From: a virus
Lineage: Duplodnaviria > Heunggongvirae > Uroviricota > Caudoviricetes
DNA length: 7,631 nt
Virus record (IMG/VR): IMGVR_UViG_2526164602_000017
Span: 1-7,631 of that record
Direction: 5' to 3' (one strand)
The translations under genes and the position numbers were made by a program. The notes beneath the pieces are model-generated. The model did not search any database, was not told the origin of the DNA, and worked only from the letters and a program-made list of their open reading frames with translations. This document shows positions 5,451 to 7,631 of this stretch, one piece after another (position 1 is the stretch's first letter; each line of letters starts with the position of its first letter).

Positions 5451-5984
5451 ATGAACACCAAAATCAAATACGGCCTGTCGGCTGCCGTTCTGGCGCTGAT
5501 TGCCGCAGGGGCGCCTGCGCCTGATATTCTCGACCAGTTTCTGGATGAAAAAGAAGGTAACCACACCACGGCATACCGTGATGGTGCGGGTATCTGGACC
5601 ATTTGTCGTGGTGCCACCAGGGTGGATGGCAAACCTGTCGTTCCGGGCATGAAGTTGTCGAAGGGAAAATGCGACCGGGTTAACGCCATTGAGCGTGATA
5701 AGGCGCTGGCGTGGGTGGAGAAAAACATCAGAGTGCCGCTGACCGAACCCCAGAAAGCGGGGATCGCGTCATTCTGTCCGTACAACATTGGTCCCGGTAA
5801 GTGTTTCCCGTCGACGTTTTATAAACGAATTAATGCAGGTGATCGCAGGGGAGCGTGTGAGGCGATTCGCTGGTGGATTAAGGACGGTGGGCGTGATTGC
5901 CGCACACGTTCAAATAACTGCTACGGACAGGTTATTCGTCGTGACCAGGAAAGCGCATTAGCTTGTTGGGGGATAGATCAGTGA
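5451..5984 (+). CDS. R: SAR endolysin (T4-lysozyme-like muramidase, GH24 family)
   Basis: 177 aa. N-terminal weakly hydrophobic Gly/Ala-rich segment ([18 protein letters not shown]) typical of a signal-anchor-release domain. Catalytic E-x8-D-x5-T spacing in [16 protein letters not shown], as in T4 lysozyme E11/D20/T26. Paired with a pinholin as in phage 21. Confidence 0.85.
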   Translation: MNTKIKYGLSAAVLALIAAGAPAPDILDQFLDEKEGNHTTAYRDGAGIWTICRGATRVDGKPVVPGMKLSKGKCDRVNAIERDKALAWVEKNIRVPLTEPQKAGIASFCPYNIGPGKCFPSTFYKRINAGDRRGACEAIRWWIKDGGRDCRTRSNNCYGQVIRRDQESALACWGIDQ

Positions 5985-6448
5985 GAAGAGTAACCGCGAT
6001 TATTTACGCTCTGGTTATCTGCATCATCGTCTGTCTGTTATGGGCTGTTAATCATTACCGCGATAACGCCATAACCTACAAAGAGCAGCGCGATAAAAAA
6101 GTCAGTGAGCTGGAGCTGGCAAATGCAACCATTACTGATATGCAGCAGCGCCAGCGTGATGTTGCTGCACTTGATGCCAGATACTCGAGGGAATTAGCTG
6201 ATGCGAGAGCTGAAAATGAAACTCTGCGTGCTGATGTTGCCGCTGGTCGTAAGCGCCTGCGGATCAACGCCACCTGCCACGGTACCGTGCGTGAAGCCAC
6301 CGGCACCTCCGGCGTGGATAATGCAACCGGCCCCCGACTGGCAGACACCGCTGAACGGGATTATTTCATCCTCAGAGAACGGTTGATGATGATGCAGAAG
6401 CAGCTGGAAGGGGCGCAGGAATATATCCGCACTCAGTGTATTAACTAG
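5981..6448 (+). CDS. Rz: i-spanin Rz
   Basis: Very similar to lambda Rz as I recall it (..[33 protein letters not shown]... [23 protein letters not shown]...). N-terminal TM helix plus periplasmic coiled coil. I place the start at GTG 5981, which overlaps the endolysin stop (GTGA); the track's TTG 5963 is the alternative. Confidence 0.85.
   Translation: MRRVTAIIYALVICIIVCLLWAVNHYRDNAITYKEQRDKKVSELELANATITDMQQRQRDVAALDARYSRELADARAENETLRADVAAGRKRLRINATCHGTVREATGTSGVDNATGPRLADTAERDYFILRERLMMMQKQLEGAQEYIRTQCIN
6201..6386 (+). CDS. Rz1: o-spanin Rz1 (outer-membrane lipoprotein), embedded in the +1 frame of Rz
   Basis: 61-aa ORF wholly inside Rz. Lipobox LVVSAC. Pro-rich mature part ([27 protein letters not shown]) closely matches lambda Rz1 as I recall it. 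Confidence 0.8.
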   Translation: MRELKMKLCVLMLPLVVSACGSTPPATVPCVKPPAPPAWIMQPAPDWQTPLNGIISSSENG

Positions 6449-6471
6449 TATTTTTGTTATCCGGAGAATGC

Positions 6472-6696
6472 ATGAAGAAATTACTGGTAACCGTAAAGCC
6501 TTTTCAGGGAACAATTCCGTTCCGTATTTTGCAGCGTGGTCGTGTTCTTGTTGAAGGTTCGTTCAGTGGTAAATGTACGCAATTACACTCCCGGACCTTT
6601 CAGGTGAATGCCACGAATGAAGAGCTAACCGTTGAGTGTACGATGAATGCCGCTAAATGCCGCATGGTATCCGCTGCATTACAGCCAGTGTGTTGA
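6472..6696 (+). CDS. small hypothetical protein (74 aa, 4 Cys)
   Basis: ATG 6472 preceded by GGAGA at 6463-6467 (short 4-nt spacer); the track start TTG 6454 is less likely. No family recognised. Lies between the spanins and cos. Confidence 0.4.
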   Translation: MKKLLVTVKPFQGTIPFRILQRGRVLVEGSFSGKCTQLHSRTFQVNATNEELTVECTMNAAKCRMVSAALQPVC

Positions 6697-6903
6697 GCGA
6701 CCTTATTATTCATGCGCGGTATTGTCGCCGTATTCCCGTATTAACAGAGACCGCAGCCCGACAGGGAGACTCCTCTGCGCGAGTGTGCGGGGATAATCAA
6801 AAACGATACACACCGGGGTTTACCGCGTTAACGGAGCGCGGCGTTGTCCCCTCATAGTCGCTGGTCCGGTGCGATGCTGGAAGAAACCGGACTACATTAC
6901 AAA

Positions 6904-7000
6904 TGATAACCATTATCATTTTCGGGTCCTCCTGGTGTGGTGGGCCTGAACACGGGGCGGGCGGCGCGGAAAAAGGCGCATTTTTTGATTTTTATGGCAC
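6904..7000. other. candidate cohesive-end site (cosQ-cosN-cosB-like) of the prophage
   Basis: GATAACCATTATCATTTTCGGGTCCT (6904-6929) resembles the lambda cosQ region GATAATCATTATCACTTTACGGGTCCT. ACG+GGGCGGGCGGCG (6952-6966) resembles lambda ACG+GGGCGGCGACCT (cosN 12-nt end). It is followed by an A/T-rich stretch about 150 bp upstream of the small-terminase start, as in lambda. Lambda sequence is recalled from memory. Confidence 0.5.
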
Positions 7001-7113
7001 CATCACCACCAGTGTAAGTTGTTGATATATAGAAAAATAAAAATTTTTAGTGTCGAATCTGGTTGTTTTTTGTTCATCACTGGTGTGTGTTTACATAATT
7101 TTCAGGGGGAGTT

Positions 7114-7590
7114 ATGGATCGTGAATTAAAAAATCTGCATCTGAATATTTCCCAACTGGCCGCATTATCCGGTGCTCATCGACAGACTGTTGCGGCTCGG
7201 GTAAAAAACATAAGCCCAGCCGGTGGTCATGAGAGCAATCTCAAACTGTACCGACTGACAGATATCCTTGCCGAGCTGATGAAAGCTCCTCTGCCTGTAG
7301 ATAACGAGGAAATGGATCCTCATGCGCGTAAAGCATGGTACCAGTCAGAACGTGACCGACTGAAATTTGAGCAGGAAACTGGTCAGCTTGTGCCAGTCAG
7401 TGATGTCAGGCGGTCCTTTTCTGTCGTGGTGAAAGCGATAGTTCAGGTACTGGAAACCTGGCCTGACCGGCTGGAGAGGGACAGGGGGTGGACCGCATCA
7501 CAACTGAATGAAGTACAGATTGTGGTTGATGAGATCCGCGACACACTGGAAAAGGCAGTCATTGACTGTTGTGATGAGGCCGATATGTGA
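7114..7590 (+). CDS. terminase small subunit, Nu1-like
   Basis: 158 aa. N-terminal HTH-like segment (LNISQLAALSGAHRQTVAARV), comparable to lambda Nu1 KKQLADIFGASIRTIQNW. Located directly after the cos-like region and after the lysis cassette, as in lambda. G-rich SD at 7104-7111. Confidence 0.6.
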   Translation: MDRELKNLHLNISQLAALSGAHRQTVAARVKNISPAGGHESNLKLYRLTDILAELMKAPLPVDNEEMDPHARKAWYQSERDRLKFEQETGQLVPVSDVRRSFSVVVKAIVQVLETWPDRLERDRGWTASQLNEVQIVVDEIRDTLEKAVIDCCDEADM

Positions 7591-7631
7591 ATCAGGTGAA
7601 CGAGAGCCATAGCCGCGCATCCGATATCTGG

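Noticed and set aside
5352-5788. Minus-strand ORFs 5352-5564 and 5405-5788
   Set aside because: Antisense to the endolysin gene, which is supported by catalytic motif and SAR domain.
5963-5980. TTG 5963 as the Rz start
   Set aside because: It would overlap the endolysin C-terminus by 22 nt, whereas GTG 5981 gives the lambda-like N-terminus (RVTAII...) and the classic GTGA stop-start overlap. Kept as the alternative.
6076-6514. Minus-strand ORFs 6076-6348 and 6194-6514
   Set aside because: Antisense to Rz/Rz1, which are strongly supported.
6657-6857. 66-aa + ORF
   Set aside because: It overlaps the 3' end of ORF 6472-6696, has no SD and an Arg-rich product; probably non-coding sequence before cos.
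7596-7631. Possible start of the terminase large subunit (GTG 7596, VNESHSRASDIW...)
   Set aside because: Only 12 codons are in the window and there is no clear SD; I cannot support a call from the sequence available.
1-7631. CRISPR arrays, IS elements, integrase or att sites
   Set aside because: No direct-repeat/spacer periodicity, no transposase-like or integrase-like ORFs and no terminal inverted repeats were seen; the window looks internal to the prophage.

Overview
This window reads as the late (right-arm) region of a lambdoid prophage of the Stx-phage architectural type, but without stx, most likely from Escherichia/Enterobacteriaceae. All genes except one run on the + strand. In order: a rare-codon tRNA cluster (3' end of a probable tRNA-Ile, tRNA-Arg UCG, tRNA-Arg UCU); a TerB-like gene translationally coupled to a small membrane ORF, sitting where stxAB sits in Stx phages; an intrinsic terminator; a 645-aa NanS-p-like sialate O-acetylesterase; two small ORFs; a phage-21-type pinholin; a ~1.3 kb AT-rich insert carrying two unrecognised, convergently overlapping ORFs; a SAR endolysin; Rz with embedded Rz1; a small Cys-containing ORF; a lambda-like cos region; and a Nu1-like small terminase subunit. 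The most interesting element is the AT-rich insert that splits the holin-endolysin pair: I cannot assign either of its ORFs to any family, so it is a candidate undescribed accessory module (defence, exclusion or toxin-like function is speculation). All homology statements are from memory of protein families; no database search was possible and coordinates were derived by hand from the sequence and the ORF track.
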